Positions 1-9,269 of a stretch of 64,000 nt of DNA are shown here, one piece after another. Source of the stretch: Chloroflexota bacterium. Its GTDB lineage: Bacteria > Chloroflexota > Anaerolineae > Anaerolineales > DRMV01. Made by a program: the position numbers and the translations under genes. Every line of letters starts with the position of its first letter. The stretch's first letter is position 1. A model generated the notes under the pieces. It was not told the origin of the DNA. It searched no databases and saw only the letters and a program-made list of their open reading frames with translations. The DNA is taken from the NCBI GenBank assembly GCA_011322445.1, contig DRMV01000021.1:1629-65628 (forward strand), read 5' to 3'.

Positions 1-531
1 CCGCCACCAGCGGGGGAGGCGCTCTACCAGCGCAATCAGGCGCTGCAGGGCTTCATGCTGCTGGCGGAAGAGGATGTCGCGCGTCGCGTCGCGAAAGGCC
101 GGGACGCTCCAGACAGCATCAAGGACGCGCGCCGCGTACAGCCGGGCGGCTTCGGCGACGGCTTCAGCGTCTTCCCTGCCGTAGATGGCGCTGAGTTGGC
201 GCGTGAGTTCGGTGTGCAAGGCCGCGGGGTCACCTGCCGCGAGGGCGTCGCGCAGCGCGGCTTCAAAGGCGGGGAGGTCATGGATGGGCAGTTGGAGGAG
301 CGCGTCGGCCAGGTCGCCCCAGCCGCGGCCGCGGGCATCGGCGCGGAAGGCTTCTGCCGCCTTCTCAAGGGCTTCCTGCAGGGCTTGCCGCGCTTCGCTC
401 TTATCCATCTGCTTGGCGGCGGCATTCACCGCGTCGGCGGCTACTTCGCCGCCAGGGGCACCCGCCGCGCCCAAGGCTTTGAGGAGGAGGGTGAGGGTGG
501 TGCGGAGGTCTTTTTTAGTGAAAGTGGACAT
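1..531 (-). CDS. hypothetical protein, N-terminal 177 codons (ORF continues past the left edge)
   Basis: Absent from the supplied track because it is edge-truncated. Manual reverse-complement translation from ATG (531-529) gives 177 codons without a stop: MSTFTKKDLRTTLTLLLKALGAAGAPGGEVAADAVNAAAKQMDKSEARQALQEALEKAAEAFRADARGRGWGDLADALLQLPIHDLPAFEAALRDALAAGDPAALHTELTRQLSAIYGREDAEAVAEAARLYAARVLDAVWSVPAFRDATRDILFRQQHEALQRLIALVERLPRWWR. The composition is helical and protein-like, unlike the Arg/Pro-rich track ORFs 36..425(-) and 55..594(+). Confidence 0.6.
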   Translation of the reverse strand, partial: MSTFTKKDLRTTLTLLLKALGAAGAPGGEVAADAVNAAAKQMDKSEARQALQEALEKAAEAFRADARGRGWGDLADALLQLPIHDLPAFEAALRDALAAGDPAALHTELTRQLSAIYGREDAEAVAEAARLYAARVLDAVWSVPAFRDATRDILFRQQHEALQRLIALVERLPRWWR

Positions 532-642
532 GGTAGGAGGGGAAGAGATACCCGGTGCCCAGTGCCCGGTGAACGGCAAGGGACAACGACGTAACGAAGT
601 AACGAATCACGAAGCACGCTTTCAGTTTAGCACAACCCTGCC

Positions 643-684
643 CCAAAAGAAAAGCCCGCTCCTGCCAAAAATGCAGAGCGGACT
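643..684 (-). terminator. intrinsic terminator downstream of the peptide ABC operon
   Basis: On the minus strand, stem AGTCCGCTC / GAGCGGGCT (676-684 pairs with 653-661) is followed by TTTTCTTTTGG. Confidence 0.6.
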
Positions 685-773
685 ATTTCTGAGAAGGGAA
701 AACCTCAGATGCCACAGATTAGCCCAGAAAACACCAGGCAGCCGAATTCCGCATCCCGATTCCCTTTTCCCGG

Positions 774-1772
774 TTATCTCAAATGGCACGCCACGAAATG
801 CTCCGGCTCGCCTTCCACCGGGTGCAGGAGGGGCTGCTCGCGGCGGCAGACGTCTTCGGCCAGCGGGCAGCGGGGGTGGAAACGGCAGCCCGAGGGCGGG
901 TGAATAGGACTGGGGATTTCGCCCTTGGGCAGGGGTTCGGTGCGGCGGGCGTCGGGGTCGGGCACGGGCACCGCGGCCAGCAGCGCCTGGGTGTAGGGGT
1001 GGCGCGGGTTGCCATACACCTGCTCCAACGGCCCGATTTCCACAATTTGCCCCAAATACATCACCGCAATGCGGTCGCAGATGTATTTGGCCGTCGCCAG
1101 GTCGTGGGTAATGAAAAGATAGGTCAGGCCAAATTCTTTTTGCAGGTCGCGCATCAGTTTGAGCAATACCGCGCGCACCGAGACGTCGGCCATCGCGATG
1201 GGCTCGTCGGCCACCACCAGGTCGGGGCGCAGCACCAGCGAGCGGGCAATGACGGCGCGCTGCCGCTGCCCGCCCGAAAGTTGATGCGGATATTTGTTGA
1301 TGAACTGCGCCGGCGGTGTCAGGCCAACTTTTTCCAAAATATCCAGCACCTGGCGGCGCTCATCAGCGGCATCGGAAGCCAGCGCGTGGATGCGCAAGCC
1401 GTGGGCAATGGCCTGCCCAATGGTCATGCGGGGGTTGAGGGAAGCCGTTGGGTCCTGAAAGATGGGCTGCATCCGGCGGCGCAGGGGGCGCAGTTCGCTT
1501 TCCGGCAGGTGGGTGATATCCTGACCGTCGAACAAAATCGTGCCATCGGTGGGTTCCAGCAAACGCAACACCAACCGACCGGTAGTGGTCTTGCCCGAAC
1601 CAGACTCACCGGCCAGTCCCAGCGTTTCGCCGGGGTAGATGTCGAAATCCACGCCATCCACCGCGCGCACAGCCAACGCCTCGCGGCCAAACAGTTTATC
1701 CAACGGCCCCTGCCCCAGGGGGAAGTGTTTCTTCAGGTTGCGGACGGAAACCAAAGGCTGGCGGTCGGTCAT
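774..1772 (-). CDS. oligopeptide/dipeptide ABC transporter ATP-binding protein (OppF/DppF-like)
   Basis: 332 aa. Walker [13 protein letters not shown] signature [10 protein letters not shown], Walker B LVVADEP, and an Opp/Dpp-type C-terminal extension with GCRFHPRCP. 4-nt overlap with the upstream ATPase gene. Confidence 0.92.
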   Translation of the reverse strand: MTDRQPLVSVRNLKKHFPLGQGPLDKLFGREALAVRAVDGVDFDIYPGETLGLAGESGSGKTTTGRLVLRLLEPTDGTILFDGQDITHLPESELRPLRRRMQPIFQDPTASLNPRMTIGQAIAHGLRIHALASDAADERRQVLDILEKVGLTPPAQFINKYPHQLSGGQRQRAVIARSLVLRPDLVVADEPIAMADVSVRAVLLKLMRDLQKEFGLTYLFITHDLATAKYICDRIAVMYLGQIVEIGPLEQVYGNPRHPYTQALLAAVPVPDPDARRTEPLPKGEIPSPIHPPSGCRFHPRCPLAEDVCRREQPLLHPVEGEPEHFVACHLR

Positions 1773-2746
1773 GCTTCCTCCTCAGCGTACAGCCAGCAGG
1801 CCGTACCGTGGCCAGGATGGATTTCCTGCCATGCAGGAACGCGCTGGGCGCAAACGGGTTTTGCCTGGGGGCAGCGGGGGTGGAAACGACAACCCGGCGG
1901 CGGGGAAAGCAAACTCGGCGGCGCGCCGGCTAAGGTTTCCAGTTCCAGGCCGTCTTCCAGCCGAATGCTGGGCACCGAAGCCAGCAAGCCACGGGTGTAG
2001 GGGTGCAGGGTGCGGTGGAAAACGTCGTGCACCGGCCCAATCTCGGCCATGCGCCCGGCATACATCACCGCCACCCGGTCGGCCAGTTCGGCCACCACGC
2101 CGATGTTGTGGGTGATGAGGATCATGGTGAGGTTGAATTCGTCGCGCAATTCGCGCAGCAGGTCGAGGAATTGCGCTTCGACGATGACGTCGAGGCTGGT
2201 GGTCGGCTCGTCGGCGATGATGAGGTCAGCGTTGAGCGCCAGCCCGATGCCGATCATGATGCGCTGACGCATGCCGCCGGAAAGCTGGTGAGGGTAATCT
2301 CTCAGCCGGTCGGGGGAAATGCCCAGGCGCTCGATCAACTGGGCGGCGCGGTCCCAGGCTTCCTTTTTGGAAACCTGCGGCTCGTGGGTGCGGATGGTCT
2401 CCACGATGTGGTCGCCAATGCGCTGCAGCGGGTTGAGCGAGGTCATCGGGTCCTGGAAGACCATCGAAATGTGCCGCCCCCGCAGTTTGCGCATTTCGCT
2501 CTCGGAGAGTTGAATCAGGTCACGCCCCTGGAAGATCATCCGGCCGGAGGCAATCCGCCCCGGCGGGCGCACCATGCGCAGCAACGCCATGCCCAAAGTG
2601 GACTTGCCGCAGCCGCTCTCCCCCACCAGGCCCAGCACTTCACCGCGATAGACGGTGAAACTGACGTCGTCCACTGCGCGCACCGGCCCCTGGCGGGTTT
2701 CGTAGGTTACAGTGAGGTTTTCAACTTGCAAAAGAGGTTCGGTCAT
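1769..2746 (-). CDS. oligopeptide/dipeptide ABC transporter ATP-binding protein (OppD/DppD-like)
   Basis: 325 aa. Walker A GESGCGKST, signature LSGGMRQR, Walker B LIIADEPTTSLD, C-terminal GCRFHPRCP. Confidence 0.92.
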   Translation of the reverse strand: MTEPLLQVENLTVTYETRQGPVRAVDDVSFTVYRGEVLGLVGESGCGKSTLGMALLRMVRPPGRIASGRMIFQGRDLIQLSESEMRKLRGRHISMVFQDPMTSLNPLQRIGDHIVETIRTHEPQVSKKEAWDRAAQLIERLGISPDRLRDYPHQLSGGMRQRIMIGIGLALNADLIIADEPTTSLDVIVEAQFLDLLRELRDEFNLTMILITHNIGVVAELADRVAVMYAGRMAEIGPVHDVFHRTLHPYTRGLLASVPSIRLEDGLELETLAGAPPSLLSPPPGCRFHPRCPQAKPVCAQRVPAWQEIHPGHGTACWLYAEEEA

Positions 2747-2786
2747 GGTTAGTCGGGGTAGTCAGGTAGTTGAGTAGTCAGGGGAG

Positions 2787-3938
2787 TCATTCTTCGGTAA
2801 GGCGGGGGTTGAGAATTTCACCCAGCCCTTCGCCCAGGAGGCTGAAGCCCAGGGCCACCAGCGTAATCATCATGCCGGGGAAGGTAATCGGCCACCAGTA
2901 GCCCCGCGGCAGATAGGCTTTCCCTTTGTTGAGGTCGAAGCCCCAGTCGGGCGTGGGCGGTTGCAGCCCCAGCCCCAGGAAGGCCAGCCCCGCCTCGGTG
3001 AGGATGGCGTCGGCCACATTCAGGCTGAAGACCACCACTAAGGTGGAAATCACATTCGGGAAGATATACATGCCCAGAATTTCGCGCTGCCTGGCACCCA
3101 GGGCGCGAGCGGCTTCCACGTAGAGTTCCTCTTTGATGGAAAGCACCTGCGAGCGCGTCATGCGGAAATAGGTGGGAATGTAAACCACCGAAATAGCGAT
3201 CGCGATATTGACCACCCCCGTGCCCAACACCGCGGCAACGGCAATCGCCAGAATGAGGCCGGGGAAGGAGTAAACGCTATCCATGATGAGGGAAAGCACG
3301 CGGTCGAACCAGCCGCCGAAGAAGCCGGAAAGCAGCCCCAGGGGCACGCCGATGGCCGCGGAGAAAAGCGCCGAAAGAATGGCCACGGCGAGCACGGCGC
3401 GCGCCCCCCAAATCAGGCGGCTGAGGATATCGCGGCCCAGGTTGTCGGTGCCCAAAAGGAAGCGCGGGCCAAAAGGCTTGCCAACCTGCACGAAATCGGG
3501 GTTTTGCTGCAGGGCTTGCCGGGCATCGCGCGCCGAAATCAGCACGGCCTGGGCTTCGCCGGCGCGCACTTTGGCAAACAGATCTTTGTCGACCTGATAG
3601 GGGCGCGCCGTCAGGCCGTATTTATCGGCCACCACAGCAGCCGTGGTGTTGTAAAACACGGCTACCTTCAAGCCTTTCTGCACGGCGGTGATGCCGCTAT
3701 CTTTCGGTGCCAGCAGCACAATCTGCCCGCCGCCAGGGCGCTCGAAGGGGCCGCCGACCGTCACAATGGGGTCGTAAGGGCTGATCACCGGTGCGAGAAT
3801 CGTGATGGCAATAATCAGCACCAGCAAAATGCCGCCCGTGACCGTCCAATACCACTCAGCGCCGTACCAGTATGCGCCGCGCAACAGACGGCCCATCAGG
3901 CTGGTGGGTTCTTCTCGGGGTTTTTGCGTCTTGGTCAT
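2787..3938 (-). CDS. peptide ABC transporter permease (OppC/DppC-like) with enlarged extracytoplasmic insert
   Basis: 383 aa. Binding-protein-dependent permease core (LGTDNLGRDILSRL, multiple TM segments, EAA-like loop EAARALGA). About 100 extra residues lie between TM1 and the LGTDxxGRD motif compared with typical ~300-aa DppC proteins. Confidence 0.88.
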   Translation of the reverse strand: MTKTQKPREEPTSLMGRLLRGAYWYGAEWYWTVTGGILLVLIIAITILAPVISPYDPIVTVGGPFERPGGGQIVLLAPKDSGITAVQKGLKVAVFYNTTAAVVADKYGLTARPYQVDKDLFAKVRAGEAQAVLISARDARQALQQNPDFVQVGKPFGPRFLLGTDNLGRDILSRLIWGARAVLAVAILSALFSAAIGVPLGLLSGFFGGWFDRVLSLIMDSVYSFPGLILAIAVAAVLGTGVVNIAIAISVVYIPTYFRMTRSQVLSIKEELYVEAARALGARQREILGMYIFPNVISTLVVVFSLNVADAILTEAGLAFLGLGLQPPTPDWGFDLNKGKAYLPRGYWWPITFPGMMITLVALGFSLLGEGLGEILNPRLTEE

Positions 3939-3941
3939 GGC

Positions 3942-4961
3942 TCAGTACCGAATGCGGGGGTCAATCCAGGCGTAGAGGACATCCACCAGCAGGCTGACGC
4001 TGGCGACCAGCAGGGCAAAGACCACCACCGCGCCCTGAATGGAGGGGAAGTCGCGGTAAGTGATCCGCTCGACGAGGAAACGCCCCAGGCCCGGCCACGA
4101 AAAAGTGCTCTCGGTCAGCACGGCGCCTGCCAGCAGCAAGGCAAACTGCAACCCCATCATGGTGATGATGGGGATGAGCGCGTTCTTCAGCGCGTGGTGA
4201 TACACCACCGTGCGCTCACGAATGCCGCGCGCCCGCGCCGCGGTCACGAAATCCATCTTCAAAATTTGGAGCATGTTGGAACGCGTCAGTCGCACAAACA
4301 CGCCCGAAAGGTAAAGCCCCAAAGTGAGCGCCGGCAAAGCCAGGTGCATGATGCTATCTTTGAACGCCGGCCAGTTTCCGGTCAGCAAGCTGTCGACAGT
4401 GTAAAGGCCGGTGATGTGCCTGGGGGCCACGGCCAGGCTGCTGATGCGCCCCGCAATGGGGAACCAGCCAAGCCACACGCCAAAGATAAGTTGGAACATC
4501 AAACCCAGCCAAAACACCGGAATGGCATAAATCACAATGGCATAAAGACGGAGGGAATAATCGGCCACAGAACGCCGGTGATGGGCTGCATACGCCCCCA
4601 TGCCCACACCAACCACCGCGGTGACGAACATCCCGGCCAGGGCCAGTTCCAGCGTCGCCGGGAAGTGCTCCCAAATCTGCTTGGATACCGACTGCCCCCG
4701 CACCGGGCTGAGGGTGGTGCCCAGGTCGAAGTGGAGCAAATCCCACAGGTAGTCACCATACTGCACATAGAGAGGCTTGTCTAACCCCAAAGTATGGCGA
4801 ATTTCGTCAATGTATTCCTGCGGCGCGCCAGGGCGAATGGAAGACTTCACCGGGTCGCCAGGCATCACCCGCAGGATGATAAACACCAGCGTGACCAGCA
4901 CGAAAATCATCGGGATGGTCAGCAAGGTGCGCACGAGAAGGTAACGACCGAGAGAGCGCAT
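3942..4961 (-). CDS. peptide ABC transporter permease (OppB/DppB-like)
   Basis: 339 aa. Polytopic permease with N-terminal MRSLGRYLLVRTLLTIP typical of DppB/OppB, and the loop FVTAARARGI. Confidence 0.9.
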   Translation of the reverse strand: MRSLGRYLLVRTLLTIPMIFVLVTLVFIILRVMPGDPVKSSIRPGAPQEYIDEIRHTLGLDKPLYVQYGDYLWDLLHFDLGTTLSPVRGQSVSKQIWEHFPATLELALAGMFVTAVVGVGMGAYAAHHRRSVADYSLRLYAIVIYAIPVFWLGLMFQLIFGVWLGWFPIAGRISSLAVAPRHITGLYTVDSLLTGNWPAFKDSIMHLALPALTLGLYLSGVFVRLTRSNMLQILKMDFVTAARARGIRERTVVYHHALKNALIPIITMMGLQFALLLAGAVLTESTFSWPGLGRFLVERITYRDFPSIQGAVVVFALLVASVSLLVDVLYAWIDPRIRY

Positions 4962-5046
4962 AGGCGTTGACCCAAAAGGGAGGAAAAGGGAAATGCCGGA
5001 GAAAAACAGACGTCACGGTGCGCTCTGACCATGTGCGGGGCGCACC

Positions 5047-5088
5047 ACCAAAAGCAAAATCGGGGGAGGGTCAACGTCACCCTCCCCC
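5047..5088 (-). terminator. intra-operon hairpin/attenuator after the substrate-binding protein gene
   Basis: On the minus strand, GGGGGAGGGTGACGTTGACCCTCCCCC (perfect GC-rich stem, 5060-5088) is followed by ATTTTGCTTTTGG. It sits in the 142-nt gap between the SBP and permease genes. Confidence 0.6.
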
Positions 5089-5103
5089 GAACATCACCAG
5101 ACG

Positions 5104-6690
5104 TTACTTGGTCTTCTGGAACAGGAAGTAGTGGTTCGCCATCACCGGATCGAGCACGATGCCGGAGACGTTCTTCTGAGCCACCACAAGCAGTTTACCC
5201 TGCGACAGCGGGATGGTGGGGACATCCTGCGCCCAAAGTTGCTGGATTTCCTCGAACACCTTTTCGCGATCCGCACCACGCAAATCGGTGGCCGCCTGCT
5301 CTTTGGCGAAGAGGGCATCCATCTTCGGCGAGGAGTAGTTCGAGCCGATGTCGTCCGACGCATCCGACGCCGCGAAGGGGTAGGTGTAGTCGTCAGGATC
5401 CATGTAGTCGGGGTACCAACCCAGCAGGAACATGCCCATCGAGCCAAACTGCTCGGTGTAGGTCGCCCACTCGGCGGACTGGAGGTTGACCTTGATCATG
5501 CCGGTCTCTTCCAGGGCTTCCTTGACCACCGAAGCCATGTCGGATTCGGTGTCGCCATAGTGCGTGGGCGTCCACCAGAGGTCAATCTGCAGGGGGTTGT
5601 CGGCGCTGTAACCGGCTTCCTGAAGCAGTTGCTTGGCTTTGTCGAGGTCACGCTTGGGGAAGGTATCTTTGTGGCTCCACATGCCGATGGGAATCATGGT
5701 GTAAAGCGGCTCGTGGGTGCCCTGGTACACCTTGTCCACAATCGTCTGACGATCCACCGCGTAGGAAATCGCCTGGCGGACTTTGGGGTCGTCAAACGGC
5801 TTCATCTTGACGTTGAAGACGATGTAGCGGATGTAAGCCCCCGGGCCCTCGATGACCTGCAAGTTGGGGTTCTTCTTCAGGTCGGCGTAGTCGGTGGGGT
5901 TCAGGCTCTTGAGGGCGATGTCGATTTCGCCGTTTTCCACCGCCAGACGCATGGTGGTGGCATCGGCGAAGTATTTGATGATGATATTGGGGGTCTTGGG
6001 CGGGTCGCCGTACCAGTTGGGGTTCGCCACCAGATCCATTTCCTGGTCGCGCACCCATTTGGAGATCTTGTAAGGCCCAATGCCGCCGCAGGTGCTGTCG
6101 GAGTCGATTTTGTCAGGCGAGTAGCACTTCGGGCTGACCGGGGCATAGGGGTAAGTCGCCACCAGCAGCGGGAAGTAGTTGACCGCCTTCTTGAGCACGA
6201 ACTTCACCGTGTTGTCATCCACCACCTCAACGTGGTCGACGAAAGACGTCACCAGCCAGTTGGGGTCGCCCTGGATCTTGACCACGCGGTCGATGGACCA
6301 TTTCACCGCCTCGGCGTTGAAGGGCGTGCCATCGTCGAACTTGAGGCCCTTGCGCAGGTGGAAGGTGTATTCCTTCCCATCCTTGCTGACGTCGTAAGAA
6401 GTCGCCAGCCCCGGCTCTAAATCGGTCGTTCCGGGCTTGTAGTGCAGCAAGGTGTCCATCGTGTTGTGGAAGATTTCCCACGTGTGAAAGTCGTAGGCGT
6501 TGGCCGGGTCAAGGTCGGTCACCTTGTCGGTCGTACCGATCACGATGGTATCGGCATACTGCGCCTTCGGGGCCTGCGTGGCGGCAGGCTGGGCGCTGCT
6601 CGTGGGCGTGGCCTTCTGACCGCACGCGCTCAGCCCCAGCGCCAACACCAGCGCCATCGCGAGCAAAACGAACAGGACTTTACGTTTCAC
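5104..6690 (-). CDS. ABC transporter substrate-binding lipoprotein, family 5 (peptide/nickel type)
   Basis: 528 aa. Lipoprotein signal with lipobox LGLSAC. Size and composition fit family-5 SBPs. GTG start is preceded by AAGGAGGAG. It heads the opp/dpp-like operon. Confidence 0.9.
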   Translation of the reverse strand: MKRKVLFVLLAMALVLALGLSACGQKATPTSSAQPAATQAPKAQYADTIVIGTTDKVTDLDPANAYDFHTWEIFHNTMDTLLHYKPGTTDLEPGLATSYDVSKDGKEYTFHLRKGLKFDDGTPFNAEAVKWSIDRVVKIQGDPNWLVTSFVDHVEVVDDNTVKFVLKKAVNYFPLLVATYPYAPVSPKCYSPDKIDSDSTCGGIGPYKISKWVRDQEMDLVANPNWYGDPPKTPNIIIKYFADATTMRLAVENGEIDIALKSLNPTDYADLKKNPNLQVIEGPGAYIRYIVFNVKMKPFDDPKVRQAISYAVDRQTIVDKVYQGTHEPLYTMIPIGMWSHKDTFPKRDLDKAKQLLQEAGYSADNPLQIDLWWTPTHYGDTESDMASVVKEALEETGMIKVNLQSAEWATYTEQFGSMGMFLLGWYPDYMDPDDYTYPFAASDASDDIGSNYSSPKMDALFAKEQAATDLRGADREKVFEEIQQLWAQDVPTIPLSQGKLLVVAQKNVSGIVLDPVMANHYFLFQKTK

Positions 6691-6886
6691 GGCTTCTCCT
6701 CCTTAAAGGAAATGGAAACGGATACGAGAATCTCGCGTCCTTCTTGGACCTGCAACTGCACCTCCCCGTGGCGGCAAGAAGGGCACACCCAAATTATAGC
6801 GCAAGGCGTGGAGAGGTCAAGCCTACCACACGGTCGGGTTTTTCTCGCCTGCCCAATTAGAGTTTTGTTAGAGTCTTACCCCTCGC

Positions 6887-6916
6887 TTGACTTTTGCCCT
6901 CCGAGTGGCATACAAT
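6887..6916 (+). promoter_or_regulatory. sigma-70-type promoter for the J-protein/HtrA genes
   Basis: TTGACT (6887-6892), 18-nt spacer, TACAAT (6911-6916), about 50 nt upstream of the ATG at 6967. Confidence 0.5.
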
Positions 6917-6966
6917 CTAAACGGGGGCGACACCCTGTCGCAAAACGGCAACATCGCGAGGTGCCC

Positions 6967-7920
6967 ATGGAATACAAAGACTACTACAAAATCTTAGGCG
7001 TCGATCGTAACGCCAGCGCGGAGGAAATCAAAAAAGCCTACCGCAAACTGGCTTTGAAATATCACCCTGATCGCAATCCCGGCGACAAAGCCGCGGAAGA
7101 AAAATTCAAGGAAATCAACGAAGCCTACCAGGTGCTCTCCGACCCGGAGAAGCGCGCCAAATATGACCAGTTTTCCACCACCTACCAGCGCTGGCAGGCA
7201 GGGGGCGGGCAGGCGCCCTTCGACTGGAGCGCCTGGGGCGCGCCCCAAGGTGGTGTGCGGGTGGAATTCCGTGACCTGGACGACCTGCTGGGTGGCATCG
7301 GCGGGTTTTCCGAGTTTTTCCGAAGCCTGTTCGGCGGCTTCGGCGGCATCGATTTTGGCGAAATGGGTGCGAGCAGCCGGGGAAGCCGGCGCGCCACGCG
7401 CACCCGCCAACCCAAACGCCGCCCGGCCTACGAACAGCCCATTGCCATCACCCTGCAGGAAGCCTACCACGGCTCGACCCGCCACATTGCCGTCAACGGT
7501 CGCCGGTTGGAAGTGAAAATTCCGCCCGGCGCACGCACCGGCACGAAAATTCGCCTGCCCGAAGCCGTGCCGCTGCCTGACGGTACCAAAGCCGACCTCT
7601 ACCTGGTGGTGGAAGTCATGCCCGACCCGCGGTTCGACATCCAGGGGCACGACCTCCACACCGAGGTCACGATAGACCTTTACACCGCCGTGTTGGGCGG
7701 CGAGGTGAAAGTGCCCACACCGGGAGGCAACGTGCTGCTTTCCATCAAACCGGGCACGCAGCCCGGCCAGGTCTATCGCCTTCGCGGGCGGGGCCTGCCT
7801 CACCTGAAAAACCCCAACCGCCACGGCGACCTGTACGTCCACATCAAGGTCGAACTGCCCCGCAAACTCTCGCCGCGGGAACGGCAACTGTTCGAGGAAC
7901 TGGCCCAACTGCGGCATTGA
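6967..7920 (+). CDS. J-domain co-chaperone, type II (CbpA-like, no zinc-finger)
   Basis: Track ORF 6442..7920 trimmed to ATG 6967 ([12 protein letters not shown]). J-domain with HPD (KYHPDRNP), G/F-rich linker, two C-terminal substrate-binding beta domains. No CxxCxGxG repeats. Confidence 0.9.
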   Translation: MEYKDYYKILGVDRNASAEEIKKAYRKLALKYHPDRNPGDKAAEEKFKEINEAYQVLSDPEKRAKYDQFSTTYQRWQAGGGQAPFDWSAWGAPQGGVRVEFRDLDDLLGGIGGFSEFFRSLFGGFGGIDFGEMGASSRGSRRATRTRQPKRRPAYEQPIAITLQEAYHGSTRHIAVNGRRLEVKIPPGARTGTKIRLPEAVPLPDGTKADLYLVVEVMPDPRFDIQGHDLHTEVTIDLYTAVLGGEVKVPTPGGNVLLSIKPGTQPGQVYRLRGRGLPHLKNPNRHGDLYVHIKVELPRKLSPRERQLFEELAQLRH

Positions 7921-7923
7921 ACG

Positions 7924-7960
7924 CACCTGCGCGCCGAAGTGGCGCGCAGGTCTGATTTTT
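7924..7960 (+). terminator. intrinsic terminator / attenuator after the J-protein gene
   Basis: Stem CACCTGCGCGCC / GGCGCGCAGGT followed by CTGATTTTT. Confidence 0.65.
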
Positions 7961-7982
7961 CTACCCTTCAAGGAGTTTTACC

Positions 7983-9179
7983 ATGACCCACCAAAAACGC
8001 TGGCTGCTTTTCGCTTTCCTGCTTCTGCTGCTGGCAGGCCTTTCGGTGGCCTGTGTGTTCACCCCTAACCTGACCGCCCCCAAAGCCACCACGCCGCAGG
8101 CTCTGCCCACCCTGCCCCCGCCGCCCACGGCCGCCGCAGCGCCGACGGCTTCCACGGCGCTTACCCCCGCCGGGTTGCAAACCCAACTGGTGGACCTCTA
8201 CAACCAAATTTCGCCAGGCGTGGTCGCCATCCGCATTTACGCCAAAGAGGGCGGCGCGCAGGGTTCCGGCTTCGTTTACGACAAAAAAGGCCACATCATC
8301 ACCAACTTCCATGTGGTCGATGGTGCAGAAAAAATCGAGGTGGATTTCATGAGTGGCCTCAAAGCCTGGGCGCACGTCGTCGGCACCGACACCGACTCAG
8401 ACCTGGCTGTCCTTCAGGTGGAAGACGTACCCGCGAGCCAACTCCACCCCCTGCCCCTGGCCGACTCCGATAAAGTCCAGGTCGGGGAAATTGTCGTGGC
8501 GTTAGGCAACCCCTTCGGGCTGAAAGGCACCATGACGATGGGCATCGTTTCGGCCCGCGGGCGCACCCTGCCTTCGGAACACGCTGCCGCACAAGGCGGC
8601 TTTTTCACCACCGGCGACGTCATCCAAACCGACGCGCCCATCAACCCCGGGAATTCCGGCGGGCCGCTGGTCAACCTGAAAGGCGAGGTCATCGGCATCA
8701 ACCGCGCCATTCGCACCACCAACATGACCGCATTCGGCGAGCCGAGCAACAGCGGCATTGGGTTTGCCGTGCCCAGCAACATCGTGCGGCGGGTGGTGCC
8801 CGTGCTTATCAAGCAAGGCTATTACGACTACCCCTACCTTGGCATCACCAGCATTGACGACCTGACGCTGGAAGAGGTGGAACGCCTCAACCTGCCGCAA
8901 GATACCGGCGCGTATGTCATCTCGGTGGTTCCCGGCAGCCCTGCCGACAAAGCCGGCGTGCACGGGGCCATCCCCTTGAACAAGCAAAACGAAGCCACGG
9001 AAATTCCCCCCGGCGGCGACCTGATCGTGGCAGTAGACGGCCACCCCGTGCGCGAATTCAACGACCTGCTGCACTACCTCTTCACCTACACCAGCCCTGG
9101 TGACACCATCACCCTCACCGTGCTGCGCGAGGGCAAGAAAATCGACCTGAAACTGACCTTAGGGAAGCGACCTCACTAA
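7983..9179 (+). CDS. htrA: HtrA/DegP-family serine protease with PDZ domain
   Basis: 398 aa. N-terminal membrane anchor, PT-rich linker, trypsin-like domain with active-site motif GNSGGPL, one C-terminal PDZ domain. AAGGAG lies 8 nt upstream of the ATG. Confidence 0.9.
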   Translation: MTHQKRWLLFAFLLLLLAGLSVACVFTPNLTAPKATTPQALPTLPPPPTAAAAPTASTALTPAGLQTQLVDLYNQISPGVVAIRIYAKEGGAQGSGFVYDKKGHIITNFHVVDGAEKIEVDFMSGLKAWAHVVGTDTDSDLAVLQVEDVPASQLHPLPLADSDKVQVGEIVVALGNPFGLKGTMTMGIVSARGRTLPSEHAAAQGGFFTTGDVIQTDAPINPGNSGGPLVNLKGEVIGINRAIRTTNMTAFGEPSNSGIGFAVPSNIVRRVVPVLIKQGYYDYPYLGITSIDDLTLEEVERLNLPQDTGAYVISVVPGSPADKAGVHGAIPLNKQNEATEIPPGGDLIVAVDGHPVREFNDLLHYLFTYTSPGDTITLTVLREGKKIDLKLTLGKRPH

Positions 9180-9269
9180 CCTGATTGCGGCGTCAAGCCC
9201 CGCGCCTCAGAGGCGGGGTTGCAGTTCCTGGCGGGTTTCCCTTTCACCCTCACGAAAGGAGGTTCTCTC

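Noticed and set aside
783-2000. 405-aa plus-strand ORF, plus similar long ORFs at 2003..2752, 3504..4784, 5131..6420, 16618..18084, 37873..38949, 44080..45261, 45327..46490 and 57127..58770
   Set aside because: All are antisense to well-supported genes (ABC ATPases and permeases, the SBPs, sigA, tgt, the lipoprotein gene, recN). They have low-complexity Gly/Arg/His-rich composition and no start-site signals.
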